A stretch of 63,861 nt of DNA, counting the filler, from Nemertoderma westbladi (Eukaryota; Animalia; Xenacoelomorpha): assembly GCA_032718475.1 (NCBI GenBank). It is 4 parts of 4 records of this genome, joined end to end, with 100 filler letters (N's around TTAATTAATTAA, not from the genome) between each part and the next. Parts side by side here need not be neighbours in the genome. Positions count along the whole stretch, not along the records: positions 1 to 29,324 come from JAUCBJ010008686.1; 3 more parts are not named here. One strand, given 5' to 3'. The notes beneath the pieces were generated by a model, which did no database searches, was not told where the DNA came from, and saw nothing but the letters and a program-made list of their open reading frames with translations. A program made the position numbers and the translations under genes. Below are positions 1-12,435 of the stretch, piece after piece. Numbering within the stretch: the first letter of the stretch is position 1; each line of letters opens with the position of its first letter.

Positions 1-511
1 CTAGGCTAATTAGGCCTAAACTATAATCACCGCAAGGGTTTCCGGGGCCATGTTTAGATTACATGATATGGCATGTCTGCAGTGTATGGTACCGGCTGAC
101 CTGTATTGCAGTATTGACTGATTGCAGAATTGAGTACAGCCTGACAGTACCGGTACAAATGGTACATGCAGATTGGCAGACAGCCCCTATGTTTTGCAAA
201 ATTTGTCAGAAAACCAGCTGATTTATCCTACAGTAATAATAATTTAACGCATGTTAATTTTGGATAAATAAATATATTATAACTACAATAACAGTTACAC
301 TGATGCTGCACGAAGGCCCCACGCAAATTCTACTTGGAAAATTTTCAAACTTTTGCCAAACAACATGTGTACCAAGTTTGGATAGATTTCATCAAGGATT
401 GGCCGAGTTATTAACGTTTAAAATAAAATACTGAAAAAAAACGCGACAGAAACGACAGGTTGATTAATGGTACCACTACGCTAAGGCTCTCTCACTTCGT
501 GGCTCGCCCCA
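1..511 (-). mobile_element. Interspersed repeat, HINE/DINE-1 (Helentron-associated)-like, truncated by the window edge
   Basis: Near-identical reverse complement of about 9363-9853. It has a short CTGTCG microsatellite followed by an AATCCTTGATGAAATCTATCCAAACTTGGTACACATG block, which resembles HINE-type elements. The family assignment is inference. Confidence 0.6.
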
Positions 512-607
512 TATAGTACGTATATAAAGGCATCTCACATCACAAAGCTTAAATTAAATGACACAATAAAATTTGTTATAAAATTTCTTATTCAAGGTAA
601 AATATTC

Positions 608-1394
608 TTATTGTTGTTCATTGTAGTTGAATGACAAATTAGTCATCATTAATTCCTCGCCAGTACCAGTTTCTAACATCTCTAAAGATTTCCAAGAAAA
701 TTTAATATCCAATAATTTTGCATTAATATCATGAGTTTTCACAGACAACCTATGGCTTTTAGCCCAGGGCTGCACCTCGCCGGATCCAAACACAGTAAAC
801 ACCACCACACCAGCCATTAATATACCTCCAACCATATAGAACGCGGTACGCCACTGATCCGGGGTATTATCCATGGTAACTGCGGGAGTCACAAAGGTGG
901 CAACAATACCAGCAACCGCACTAAAGGTCTTCGCCAATCCCGTAATAGTTCCTGCATATTTTGGCGCAATATCAACGATATTGCAGATATATCCTGCTAT
1001 AAGTAATCCTTGAAACGAGACTGCTACCATCAATATTATAACGGCTTCAAGTTGCTCAGTGCAAGACATATATCCTATTGAAACGAACAAAACTGATGTA
1101 ATAAGTGAACCAATCACTACCATTGTCTTCCTTACTTGTCCTGTTGTAAGCAGATGCTTCTCTAGCAATTTATCTGCAGCTATACCGCCAATGATAATAA
1201 AAACAAAAGTACCTATATAAGGCAATGAAGAATACAATCCAATAGATTCAATATTAAAACGCATCACTACATTTAGGTAAGTGGGTAAATAATTTGATAA
1301 CGTATAGTCTGCGTAGGAGAATGCTGTTTCAATGACCAACGCGGCCCAAACTGCGGGAGACGAAAATATGTGTATCCAAGGCGTGAGTAGTTGT
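608..1394 (-). CDS. SLC17/sialin-like anion:cation symporter (MFS), exon 2 (C-terminal half)
   Basis: The ORF encodes TPWIHIFSSPAVWA, TYLNVVMRF, GGIAADKL, NIVDIAPKYAG and FGSGEVQPWA, all typical of SLC17. The acceptor TTCTAAG|A (AG at 1396-1395) is phase 2 and matches the exon 1 donor. Confidence 0.9.
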
Positions 1395-2684
1395 CTTAGA
1401 AGCAGAGACATTATACGTTACGATATGATCAAATTTTTTTCGCGCTTTTGATTTCAGCGTGTTCGATCGATAAATATTTTAGTCAAAACGCTTTCAAACT
1501 TGTTTTAAAAACAATGTGTGTCCGTATCGATAGCAAGGCAAAGTACCTACAGTAATAGGATACAACACGGACACGGATTGCGTATGATACACTGTAGGGA
1601 TAATGAGAAATAATAATGAAAAGTGACAAAAATATATAATGCGATAGTTACATCATAGACAGTTGCTTGAAATCGGGGTTTGTGTGATACGCTAGATGGG
1701 TGGAAATGGTAACACCCTTTCGTAACTGCTAATATAACTATGTCTCACCACCGGAGAATAAAGAGATATGTTAGGCTTCTTCGTTAACTCCTCTCTAATT
1801 AACAATTGTTGATAATTAATAATATGCATGACCAACCGATAAAAGTTAATGCTACCGGTTGGTTGGCGAGGTGACGTTACGCAAACATAACAGGACGTTA
1901 CTCAAACATCAAGAATGTTGGACTTGACACAAACGGTCTCAGGAATTCTTAGCCCGCGAGTATTCTTAGCCCGCAAAACAATAATGTTTATTGTTTTGGT
2001 TGCCCCAATACGCCTCTGAAACCTGCTCCTTTACTAACCTGTTCCTTTACTAACTCGCGGGCTAAGAATTCACCCAACCACACAGACTGGTCGTTTCGCA
2101 AACGAGACGCTATGCAAACAAGACGTTGTACGATTTACCCAAACACGACGTTTCGCAAACGGGTCAATTTTGGCCTGAAATGTGGATAACTTCAGGTTGA
2201 TAACTTAGGCCCGGGTCACACAAGAGCTTTCAACTTTCATCATTCAACTATCAACTTTCAAATAACTAAGTCCCGGTTCACACATAAACATTCAACTTTC
2301 ACCTTTCAGCTCATAAAAATTATTGTATTGCTTAGACCAGATATAAATGGTTGAACAAATTTCAGAAGGCAGTTATAAAAATCTGTATTGTTTTATAGAT
2401 TATAAGTGTTTTTTTATTTTATTTAAAGTAATAATTTTGTAAGATGGATAACTAAATCGATGACGTAATATAAGGATATTTTTATGCCTTACATAGACCA
2501 TGCATGCCATACTTATAAACGCCGTTTGGTTCACCCGATCAATAAAAAAAGGTTGTAATCGTTCGCATACACCACCTTGTGGTGTGAAGTGAATATAAAG
2601 ATATGTAAAATTATTCAAAAAAACAAATGGGGGCAGAACGAGAATCAAATATTAATAATTACTAATTAGTCGATTATAATGAAA

Positions 2685-2918
2685 GGCGGGGTAGCTCAGT
2701 TGGTTGAGCGCCGGGCCTGCAATCTATTGGTTGTAGGGTTCGCCCCGCCAGGGTCCACTCAGCCTTTCATCCACTGGGGTCGATAAAATGACTTAAGTTA
2801 AATAACTGGGAGCAAATCTTGGGATAGGAGTAGCGCCCACCCCTACCCTCGGGTAGCAGCTATCGAAAGAGGAGCCTCCGGGTCGCCTCCGGCTTCGGCC
2901 GACTGTTTGCTTGCTTGC
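2685..2918 (+). mobile_element. tRNA-derived SINE
   Basis: tRNA-like head with A box TAGCTCAGTTGG and degenerate B box GGGTTCGCCCC. The central ACTCAGCCTTTCATCC..GGGGTCGATAAAATGA resembles the conserved core of Deu/Nin-type SINEs. The tail is (TTGC)n. Confidence 0.75.
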
Positions 2919-3004
2919 AATTACAATAGAAGATTTAACACACTGTGTAGTGTAGCATTCTCGTGTATGTGCCACCCAGCTAGAGATTTTGTTTCCTTTA
3001 AAAC

Positions 3005-3630
3005 CTACTATTACTACTACTGTATAATCGGCCTGCTGCATTGAAACTGCACATTGAGATGCTATGCTGGCTTAACAAAAACATTTTGTCACCACCATGG
3101 AATCCACAATTGCTAAGCATAATGCAGCGTGCGCTAAGAATGATATGCCGTCTTGTCAACAAAGTTGCACTGCCACAACTCCCTAACCCCCATGACTTTT
3201 GTGAGACTTACCGCATATTCAAGGCCAGTGTCCTTTAAGAGGCGTCTCACAAGAGTCATATGGGCTGTCCACCCTGCTTATTTTCTCCATGGGGCTGCCA
3301 AAGCAAAAGATTATGCACTGGCTGTTCCTCACGGCGACGGCGAAAGCAATGTCCTGCAAAGCAGAGGCGGCTTTGTTCTAGTGTCAAGCTTGTGGGAACT
3401 AATGAGACACATCCAATGTAATATAGTCTCTGGTTGGAGATGTGTGCATTTGTACTTGACACATTGAACCCGACGTAGCATTCTTGTGAATGTGCCATCC
3501 AGAGATTTGGTGTCCTCAGCAGTTACAGCCCAGCATGCACTCCCATAGATGAGTACTGGAACTACTGCTGCTCTAAATAGTCAGACCTTAAGTTTCCGAT
3601 GAAATCTGTGACTTCCAAATCCTGGAAAAA
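3005..3630 (-). mobile_element. RTE-clade LINE 3' fragment (decayed)
   Basis: Homologous to 48980-49460 (LLLWQPHG..KQGGQP), with the same 3' end and (GTA)n-like tail. Confidence 0.8.
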
Positions 3631-4011
3631 CCCATTTAAGAAAGGAACACCTCCATAAGCTACAATGTGTTCTATCTTTTGGTTGATTGTTGAAATTTAA
3701 TGTTTGAAGTTTGACCCGGGCCTAAAATGTACTGAACTTTACGCTAGTCATGGACCTCGCTAGTCATAGTCCTCGTAAATACCCGAATGACCACAGTGGT
3801 GACTCACCTCAATTGATTCCGTCCACAAACGCATGGGGATAAATAAGTGTTTGACTGCGTCAGTCATGGGAATGCCACGTCGAAGACTCAGCAGACGAGC
3901 CTACTACTGTACAGTAGAGTGGACCCGGTCTCACCCACCCAATCCTCCACGACAAGAGCCGTGAATCCAACCCCGAGTTACAGAACACCTCCAAGTGGGC
4001 AGAGGGTCATG

Positions 4012-4625
4012 ACCTACTATAGATACGACCCGTCAAGCTACTACAAAGCCCCTAAATTTAGTGGGCCAGTTATTTCTCTTAGATAGTATTCCTGAAACAA
4101 TACGAGATATGGAGAGTTCCTATCCTTTTCATCTCCTCTCGGAATTAAAAAAAAACTCAAAATTCGCCTCCCTTTTAAGACTTTGGTATGGCTACATTAT
4201 GATTTTTTGGTGTGTTGAATTCATTATTAATAATAATATATTTTTGTGTCTATTAAAAATCCGGTTTTGACTTACAATCTCAGTTTCGATTAATAATTAA
4301 TTTAACACACCAAAAACGAATAATATGGTTGGTTATATCAAAGTCTTTAAGGTAGGTGTAATTTGAGTATTTTTTTCCATTTCCGAAAGGTGCTGAAATG
4401 GGTAGGAACTTCACATCTTATCTAACTACTACTGGAGCTATTTATTTTTTATTTGCATCATCTGAAAGAGGACATATATTTAGTTAGGGTCCAGTCCCAG
4501 TGCATTCGACGCGTCAGACATATTGTTTAAGGGATTCTATCTAAGATACAGTAAATAACTCTAAATTTAAACCCACTAAATTTAGGAGCTTTGCAGCAAC
4601 TTGTCGGATCGTATCTATAGTAGGT
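4012..4625. mobile_element. Foldback-type MITE with long imperfect inverted arms
   Basis: ACCTACTATAGATACGACCCGTCAAGCTACTACAAAGCCCCTAAATTTAGTGGG at 4012 matches the reverse complement ending at 4625. The inner segments 4135-4235 and 4290-4410 are also mutually inverted. Confidence 0.75.
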
Positions 4626-4724
4626 GGTGAGGGGGTTACTAAGCTGCGGTTATAGGGTATCATTTTATAGATTAAATAAAATTTTAAGATTTTAAAAAGA
4701 TTTTAAAAGATTTTGTATCATAAC

Positions 4725-5494
4725 GTATTTTTGTTTTTGGAAAGGAGGTTGGTTGTTTCAAAGGAGGTTTCTAAGTAACTCTTCTCCGAGTCTGATATTC
4801 TTGGATGCAGTGAGGGCGAATCGAATATCAGGAAATACCAGAGCAAACAGAAAACTAAAGTTATTCCTCCCATAATGTAGAAGATATTGGGCCAACCGCC
4901 GTTAACGCATAGGATACTACTAAATATCGAACTGACAGTCATTCCGACAAACACGCCAGAGTACACAAAACCCATAAGTTTACTGCGTTCCGAAGGATGA
5001 CACCATTGGGACATTAGTACTGCTTGTGCTGGTAGGCACGTACCACTTCCTACGCCAAATACGGCTCTCAATGCCGTCAAAAGTCGCCAGTCTGTTCTAG
5101 CCGCTAAAGGAACCAGCAATGTGCTCACACCATTGGACGCTGTGCTCAAGAGGATGATCCATTTCGCACTAAACTTATCAGCTAGCCATCCTCCCGGCAT
5201 TTGTGTGAGAACATAGCCCCAATAGAATGAACCCAATATAAGACCTTTTATTTCTTGTGACCAATCAAATTCTGTTTCAACATCAGTGCTGGTGGTCATT
5301 GGACACACGTCACTCTCTGGCAGGGGGCCAGAAGTGTTGGATATTTTGTTCTGGCCAGCCATGCACACTATAGCAACGGACATATTAACCCTCAAACCAT
5401 ACCAAATGAACCCATTGATGAAACACATTATTAGAACACCAATTCGACAGCTGGAAATCAAAGAAGGATAGTATTCTCTATAATTGCTCTCCAT
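4725..5494 (-). CDS. SLC17/sialin-like anion:cation symporter (MFS), exon 1 (N-terminal half)
   Basis: Contains LRVNMSVAIVCM, FDWSQEIKGLILGSFYWGYVLTQMPGGWLADKF, WCHPSERS and HPRISDSEKSYLE. The donor AC|GTTATG at 4724 joins exon 2 in frame (KNKNT-QLLTPW). The spliced CDS is 1557 nt (518 aa). Confidence 0.9.
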
Positions 5495-8019
5495 TTTATT
5501 TCATTCACTTAGCACCTCTGAGTTGAGTAGCATGTAAATAATACCCTTCTGTGAACTTTTAAATATTCCGCGTTAAAATAGTAAGTTTAAATAAAATTGT
5601 TGATGAAGAACATTCTTCTCTCATAAAATTCTAAATCGATTATCCAAGATTACGGATTCATTAAATAATGCGTACTATTATATACATACAATGAGTTTTC
5701 TGTAATACTTTGGGACAACAATCTACCTAGACAACGGACTACCTCTTCTGAACTACTCATAGGACTACTCACTGTCTGTTTGATTTAATGTATGTATGAT
5801 TGTTCTTCTAATATTATAATATAATCTTAAACTTACACACCTAAATATTGAATTAGCCAGCCAAGTGTTTGCTACCTAATTCCTATTGTGGCTTGTCTGA
5901 GACGTTACGGACAGTCGTTAAGGCGTCAGGCGTTAAGGACAACAATCTAACTAGTCAAACACATGATCGTTCTTCTACGATTATGTAATCTTTTAATACT
6001 ACAGCCCTTAATATCCAATTATAGTCAAGTGTTTACGTGTTGGACGTGCCACAAAGTTGACTGAACTGTCTTCGCGAACTGACACTGTTAAGGGGGTGGG
6101 TAGATAATTGTGACATCATAATAACTGTCAGATTTAAAGCTGTCGAGTTGAAAATTTGTAGGCATCAAAAGGACTACAAGTTGAGATTTTTGAATTACAT
6201 TCAGACACAATTAGTTCAACAGCCTCCCGCTAAAGGGCTAATTATCGTCTAAACATTAATCGTAGGCCTACTCCTAATTATGTTTTTTTATTATGTTCAA
6301 GCTGGAACTTGGCAGATATGTGTACGACAGTAGACCAATAGCTGTATCTTTTCGCCCTCGTAAAAAATACCAGATTTACTTTATTGGTATTTTATATATG
6401 AAATATTTGTTGTTCTTTGAACTATAAGTTTTATTTTATAACATGTAGGTGTACGGTACGCGTATTTACAATCCTTGCACTACCAAATTGAATTAGCACA
6501 TGGGATTGGTCAATAAGCAATATTTTGATTGTATGTTGAAAACATGTAAGGAATGGAGAGAGGGGTCGAATTAGTGTAAGGGTTTTATACCCAGTTGGCA
6601 GTTAGAAAGTGTTACAGTTAAAGTTATATTGTTCGGGAAGTTATTTGCGAACGGGAGGCGAAACTGAAAGTAAAGACAGAAGCTAAAAAACCAACAGTTG
6701 TCACAGGACTCAAAGATCTCAGGCCACTGTCAATGAAGACATCGTGGCTTACAGCGCTACCAATTCTTAAATACGGGTTTCCCTACATAAAACAGCCTTT
6801 CGGGACGCCCTATGTTTAAGATTTGGTTTGCTGCCACCAAGGCTCCCCTCACATTGCGTATGCGTGGTGGAGTTCTCTATTTCGCATTGCACTGTCCGAC
6901 ATGGGGGGGGGGGGGGGGGGGGGGGGACTGGACGCAATAAAATTCCTTCCTTTCCCGGGGAAATTCGACGCAAATAACAGCTGATTACTCTAAAAATAAA
7001 ACTGTATCCTGTTCTATTGTGTTTAGTTTGTTGTTTTGGTTAAAATAACATGCCCCTGTAACCTGCCCCTTTCCCTAAATTGGGAATTTAACATTGAGGC
7101 GTGATATTAATTCGCCAAGGTGGGATTTGCGCCTAGCCCCCCCCCCCCCCCCCCATCTATGTCTCCCGACATGTGGTTATCCCAGTATCAGGGATACCGA
7201 TCTATTCTTCTACAGTAATACTGTTGGTATAATAACCCTTATATGATTTTACCCACTTTGTTCATTCCTTACAGCGTTTGGAACTCTTTGTTTCTACCTG
7301 CCATCTAAGTGAAAAATTATTTCAGTATTTACTTTACAATTACTATAAGTCTAAAACGTGTAATGAACCATTTAAGCTGTAATGCAACTTACGTGAAATT
7401 CCGATTCTTGGGTTTGAAACTGGCTGGTTAGAAATGGCCAATGAGCGATCGAACATGGCAGCATGGCTTGAGAAGATTCACGGTCAAATGGGCTGCGGAT
7501 ATCGACGGCCAGCTACCATGGAATGTGAATGTGGGCGGTCCAGTGTAGCTGACGATTGCGAAAAATCGAATGTGACCGGGGTTGAGGTGATGGTTCAGGG
7601 GCCAAAGTGGATGGGAAGAAAGCGTGTCGAAAGCGTTCTTCATTGGATGGTTGAGAAACGCTCCGTGGTTCTAGTTGTCCAATATTTAGTATTGAATTTG
7701 AATCACACTGTAAGTATTCGTCATCGTCACTTCTCAAACTTACGAAAACACAAGATCCTGTTACACCACCGGTGGTTCCAGCGGTTACACCACCGGTGGT
7801 TCCAGCGTGGTCACATAAGGACACTCAGGATTTGCAGAAACGGTTCTGAAACCAATAACAGTAAATTAGATTTCCGCGTGTTATGTAAATATTACATGAA
7901 CACGTTCGTGGGGCCTTCGCCCAGCACTAACTTCTCAGTCAACCCAGGGGGTCCGGGGAATCTGTCGTACTGTATGTCACGATGGGAGTCCATGCAGGGC
8001 TCTAACTGCAGAGGATACC

Positions 8020-8466
8020 AAATATCTGGATGGCACTTTTACAAGAATGCTGCGCCGGGTTCACTGTGTCAAGTACAACGAACACATCTTCAACCAGACT
8101 CTATACAACATTGGAGGTCTTCCATTAATCTCCCCTAGCTTGACACTTGAACGGAACCGCCTCCGCTTAGCAGGACATTGCTTTAGCCGTGAGGACCAGC
8201 CAGTGCATAATCTTGTGCTGTGGTTTGGAGCGAATAAGCACCTGTGCTCATGGAGCGAATAAGAATGGTGGACAGCCCATGACTTTCTTGAGACGCCTCC
8301 TAAAGGACACTGGACTTGAAGATACGGATGATCTAGCAAATGTCATAGGTGATAGGGAGTTGTGGCGGCGAAATTTTGTCGACAAGCCGGCACAGTATTC
8401 TTAATATATATGCAATATATATATAATGCAGCTGCAATTCAGCGCATGCCGATTGTAGTAGTAGTA
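8020..8466 (+). mobile_element. RTE-clade LINE 3' fragment (5'-truncated)
   Basis: MLRRVHCVKYN..RLRLAGHC..GDRELWRRNFVDKPAQ matches the 3' end of the element at 48980-51760. It ends in a GTAGTAGTAGTA tail. Confidence 0.85.
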
Positions 8467-9178
8467 TGTCAGGATACTGGGTGGTTCAAAAAGCTGAATG
8501 AATGCTTAAATATTATTAGGAGCAGATTATGAAAGATTGTATTGTTTGATAACTAACCTTTTTCACAATTACAGTATGATGCAACATTTTTATAAATTGC
8601 TCAGCATTATTACACTATTACACTATTTGTATTGGTAGTGCTGGATAATTAAAAATTAATTGACACTCAGATTTGTAACTGAGTACTTGAATTTGTACCT
8701 GGACATTCTGTTCTTCTTATGGGTGCTGGGTTTGTTATTGCACTATACTTAGATTTGTAATTGTAGTAACTGGGCAATAATTGAAACTAAATGCTCAGAT
8801 TTGTAACCTGTAACACTTCAAATCGAAACCAGCCCTAGTAGCAATGGACGTCGAAAATATATCCAAATTACGTCTAAACGTATTTTCAACCACATTTTAA
8901 CATAATCTTTATAATAGTATTTCCAGTTTAAGTGCAGATGTTGTCGAATTTACGTCAATGCAGAACCAACTAATGAACCACATTGAATTTACGTTATTTC
9001 TTAACTTCAATTCAACGAAGACCATACGCTCTGAACAGAGAGTATGTTGTGGGTCGTGCAAATACAACGCAATTTGAACGTATAATGAACGTAGACAGTA
9101 ATTAGCCTGTATAAACTGGAGCCTGCTAAGCAGTTGGCGGGGGATCAGCGGGATTTCGAAATTAATGGAACTCTCTTT

Positions 9179-9853
9179 GTGGGGCGAGCCACGAAGTGAG
9201 TGAGCCTTAGCGTAGTGGTACCATTAATCAACCTGTGGGGCGAGCCACGAAGTGAGAGAGCCTTAGCGTAGTGGTACCATTAATCAACCTGTCGTTCTGT
9301 CGTTCTGTGGGGCGAGCCACGAAGTGAGAGAGCCTTAGCGTAGTGGTACCATTAATCAACCTGTGGGGCGAGCCACGAAGTGAGAGAGCCTTAGCGTAGT
9401 GGTACCATTAATCAACCTGTCGTTCTGTCGTTCTGTCGCGTTTTTTTTCAGTATTTTATTTTAAACGTTAATAACTCGGCCAATCCTTGATGAAATCTAT
9501 CCAAACTTGGTACACATGTTGTTTGGCAAAAGTTTGAAAATTTTCCAAGTAGAATTTGCGTGGGGCCTTCATGCAGCATCAGTGTAACTGTTATTGTAGT
9601 TATAATATATTTATTTATCCAAAATTAACATGCGTTAAATTATTATTACTGTAGGATAAATCAGCTGGTTTTCTGACAAATTTTGCAAAACATAGGGGCT
9701 GTCTGCCAATCTGCATGTACCATTTGTACCGGTACTGTCAGGCTGTAATACAGGTCAGCCGGTACCATACACTGCAGACATGCCATATCATGTAATCTAA
9801 ACATGGCCCCGGAAACCCTTGCGGTGATTATAGTTTAGGCCTAATTAGCCTAG
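9179..9853 (+). mobile_element. HINE/DINE-1-like interspersed repeat with a quadruplicated 56-bp 5' module
   Basis: Four copies of GTGGGGCGAGCCACGAAGTGAGAGAGCCTTAGCGTAGTGGTACCATTAATCAACCT start at 9179, 9235, 9307 and 9363. The body is the inverse of 1-511 and probably extends beyond 9853. Confidence 0.6.
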
Positions 9854-11110
9854 TACCGGTAATAATAATATAATAGTTTAGATAGTTCAGTAGTTACCGC
9901 TAATCATTCAGTCATTGGCACGGTACACCGTATTGCTGTACTGCCGTTCAGCCGTTGTAGTGCGCACCGTAGGTACCACCCATGCGTAGGCTTACTGTGC
10001 TGATTATGGTTTGATTGATTGATTGTTTTTTACACATAATTAAACCTTTTAAAATTCACAATAATACATTTATAAAGATTACGTTACGATATTAGGCCTA
10101 CAGTACAAGTAGGCCTAATAACACTAGATATTTAGGAGCACCAATACTGATTTATGTAGATAGTCAACTTATAAAATGTTTATTTACTTAAATAAAAGGT
10201 TCTGGTGTAAGTATAGCCTCATGAGGTATATACAGTCCCGCTCTCAAAAAGCATTCCTTTGATCAAACATTGATCAAACTTTGATCAAACATTGATCAAA
10301 GTTTGATCAAAATGTGTCCATAGAATATCATTGAAAGTAGCATTGACATTGAAATGACATTGATGGCATATTGAAATGACCTTGAAATCGATGGACCGAA
10401 ATTCCAGACTTTCTGTCTCATATTGAAATGACATTGAAATGATTTCAAGGTAACAGTTTACATCGCTCTTCTGCGGCATGCCTTTGAACTCAGACTCCCG
10501 CCGAGAACTGGCTTTTGTTAATGGCCAAGCCGCGATGTGATTGACAGGGCGGTGGATGGAGCTTGCTTGACTTTGTGGATGGACAGCGATTGGATTTACA
10601 TGGCAGTGTTGTTGGTCTTGTTCTTGTAGGGCAGGGCCTATTATTACACTACAACTAGTTCAGAAAAACAGCCTTTGGAATATTTTTAAATGATTGTTAT
10701 ATTAGAAATTAGTTTCAATGTTCCTTAAATCAGAATCAAGGCCAAAGACCTCTCCATTGACGTAGCAGCGCGATGTCTGCCGTTGCACTGCCTTTGTTTA
10801 TACAGTAATTGTGTAAATTCGACAAGCTTCCTTCCTGCCCCTGTCTCTAATTATACTAATAAATGTAAATAAAGAAATAAATAAATCCAAGCGCCAGTGC
10901 CAGCGCACCCCCTAAAATACCTTCTAAAAATGTACGTAATTTAATTTTAATACTCTGATAAGGTAATTTTATTGAAAACCTAATTTGTTTTAAAGTAAAC
11001 TATGTTATGTACATCATTAGTTACGTATTTTTTAATTCAGTTTAACGTATTGTAATTATAATTTTTTAAATATTAAAAATCAAATTGGGTTAGTAATACT
11101 TATTAAATTG

Positions 11111-12357
11111 TGTTCGCGCTTTTGAAGACCTTTAGCAGTTTAACCTGCCAAAATTTATATGTCTTTTAGTTAATTAAAACCACTTTAGCATATGACAATA
11201 TTTTATGCTAATACGCAAAACACTAGCCGAAGTCAGCCCATGCGCGATCATTCACCCGATGGATCTACACCCGGGAGACTGAATTCGGATGCTTAAATTT
11301 TATTATTGCAGTGTAAGGTTGCAGTGTATACCTACTGTATTATTCGATAGATCGTTAATAATTAATCTCTGACAGATATTATTGGCTTTCGGGAAATATT
11401 AACAGTTCCTTTAGGACGTGGCGCTTTATCTATTTAAACAGAACTAAGACTTATACTAAAACGCAACGATACTGCTTATGATTGAAGTATAAAGCGTATT
11501 CTTTAAGAAATACTTTGTTACCAATCACAATCATACACACTATTCTGCTGACCGTCAGTATATTTGATCACACATAAAGAGAGCAGCAATTGACTCACGT
11601 AGGGTCTGCTAAATAACATTGGATTCAATACACACCACATTAATATAAATCGCAATTGTTATGTATAGCCGGTCTCTCTAACCTGTAGTGTATCAAGAAA
11701 ATTGGGAATTTGGGTGATTTATCCGTATTATCCAAAGAGCAATATTTCCATCAACAAATAGGTACAATTAATAACTGACGGTAAAATAACAGTACAAACA
11801 ATATGATTAATGCAATTAAATTAAGTGAGCATGTTAATTAGTGAGTTATTGAGATTAGTTAGGGTAACAGTTTATACTTTCGATAATTTAAGCAGTTTAC
11901 TAGAGTTCTTCCCAAAAAGCCGGTGTTTCTGGCTTAGACAGCAATAACAACAAAGTATCAAGTAAAAGCAGTAAGACTGAACACTCTCCTTATGATCGGC
12001 TGAAAAGCTACACGTCGACAGGAAAAATCGCTCTGATTGGCTCAAGCCAAACAAAGAACCATGCATCCAATGGCTGTTTCCATGTCAGCAACCAGCTGTT
12101 AGATGTCGTAATATGAATCATCACGGCTAAGCTGTGAAAGGTAGTTGGTGCATTACAGGTTTTTTGCCTTACCATGTCCGCCAAAACACGTATATAGCAG
12201 AATGACTTTTATGTCCGTTAAAACACCTGTAACGGTACCTTGCGGGCGAGGGGAATATATATACAGTTAGAGAACCTTTTTAGAGTATTCCAGCGCCTGG
12301 GGGGAAACTGGATTGCGAAGCAAAAGGGGCCAGTTATATCCCACAGAAGCTTTTACA
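11111..12357 (-). repeat. 3' LTR of the BEL/Pao element
   Basis: 1247 bp. By eye it differs from 21711-22952 by about 7 substitutions and a few small indels. Confidence 0.95.
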
Positions 12358-12365
12358 CCGCTCCC
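12358..12365 (-). promoter_or_regulatory. Polypurine tract (PPT) of the BEL element
   Basis: The minus strand reads GGGAGCGG immediately before the TGTAAAA start of the 3' LTR. Confidence 0.6.
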
Positions 12366-12435
12366 AGAAAATGGGATTTGAGTCTATAAATATACAAAAA
12401 TCACAGTTTCTAAAATATAAAAATACTCTAAACAG

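Larger units (their letters stand above)
2208..3722. mobile_element. Putative PIF/Harbinger-like MITE containing a nested SINE and an RTE fragment
   Basis: Inverted ends GGCCCGGGTCA (2208) and TGACCCGGGCC (3722), flanked by TTA and TAA. Confidence 0.45.

Noticed and set aside
2685-2757. tRNA-Cys/Ala-like gene
   Set aside because: The T-arm and acceptor stem are degenerate and the sequence continues into a SINE body.
7434-8138. 234-aa ORF and the overlapping 103-aa antisense ORF
   Set aside because: No recognisable domain. The region includes a 24-bp duplication and runs out of frame into an RTE fragment, so it is possibly TE debris.
10237-10460. TTGATCAAACA and GACATTGAAAT repeat cluster, possible CACTA-like element end
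   Set aside because: No matching opposite terminus or TSD could be identified.
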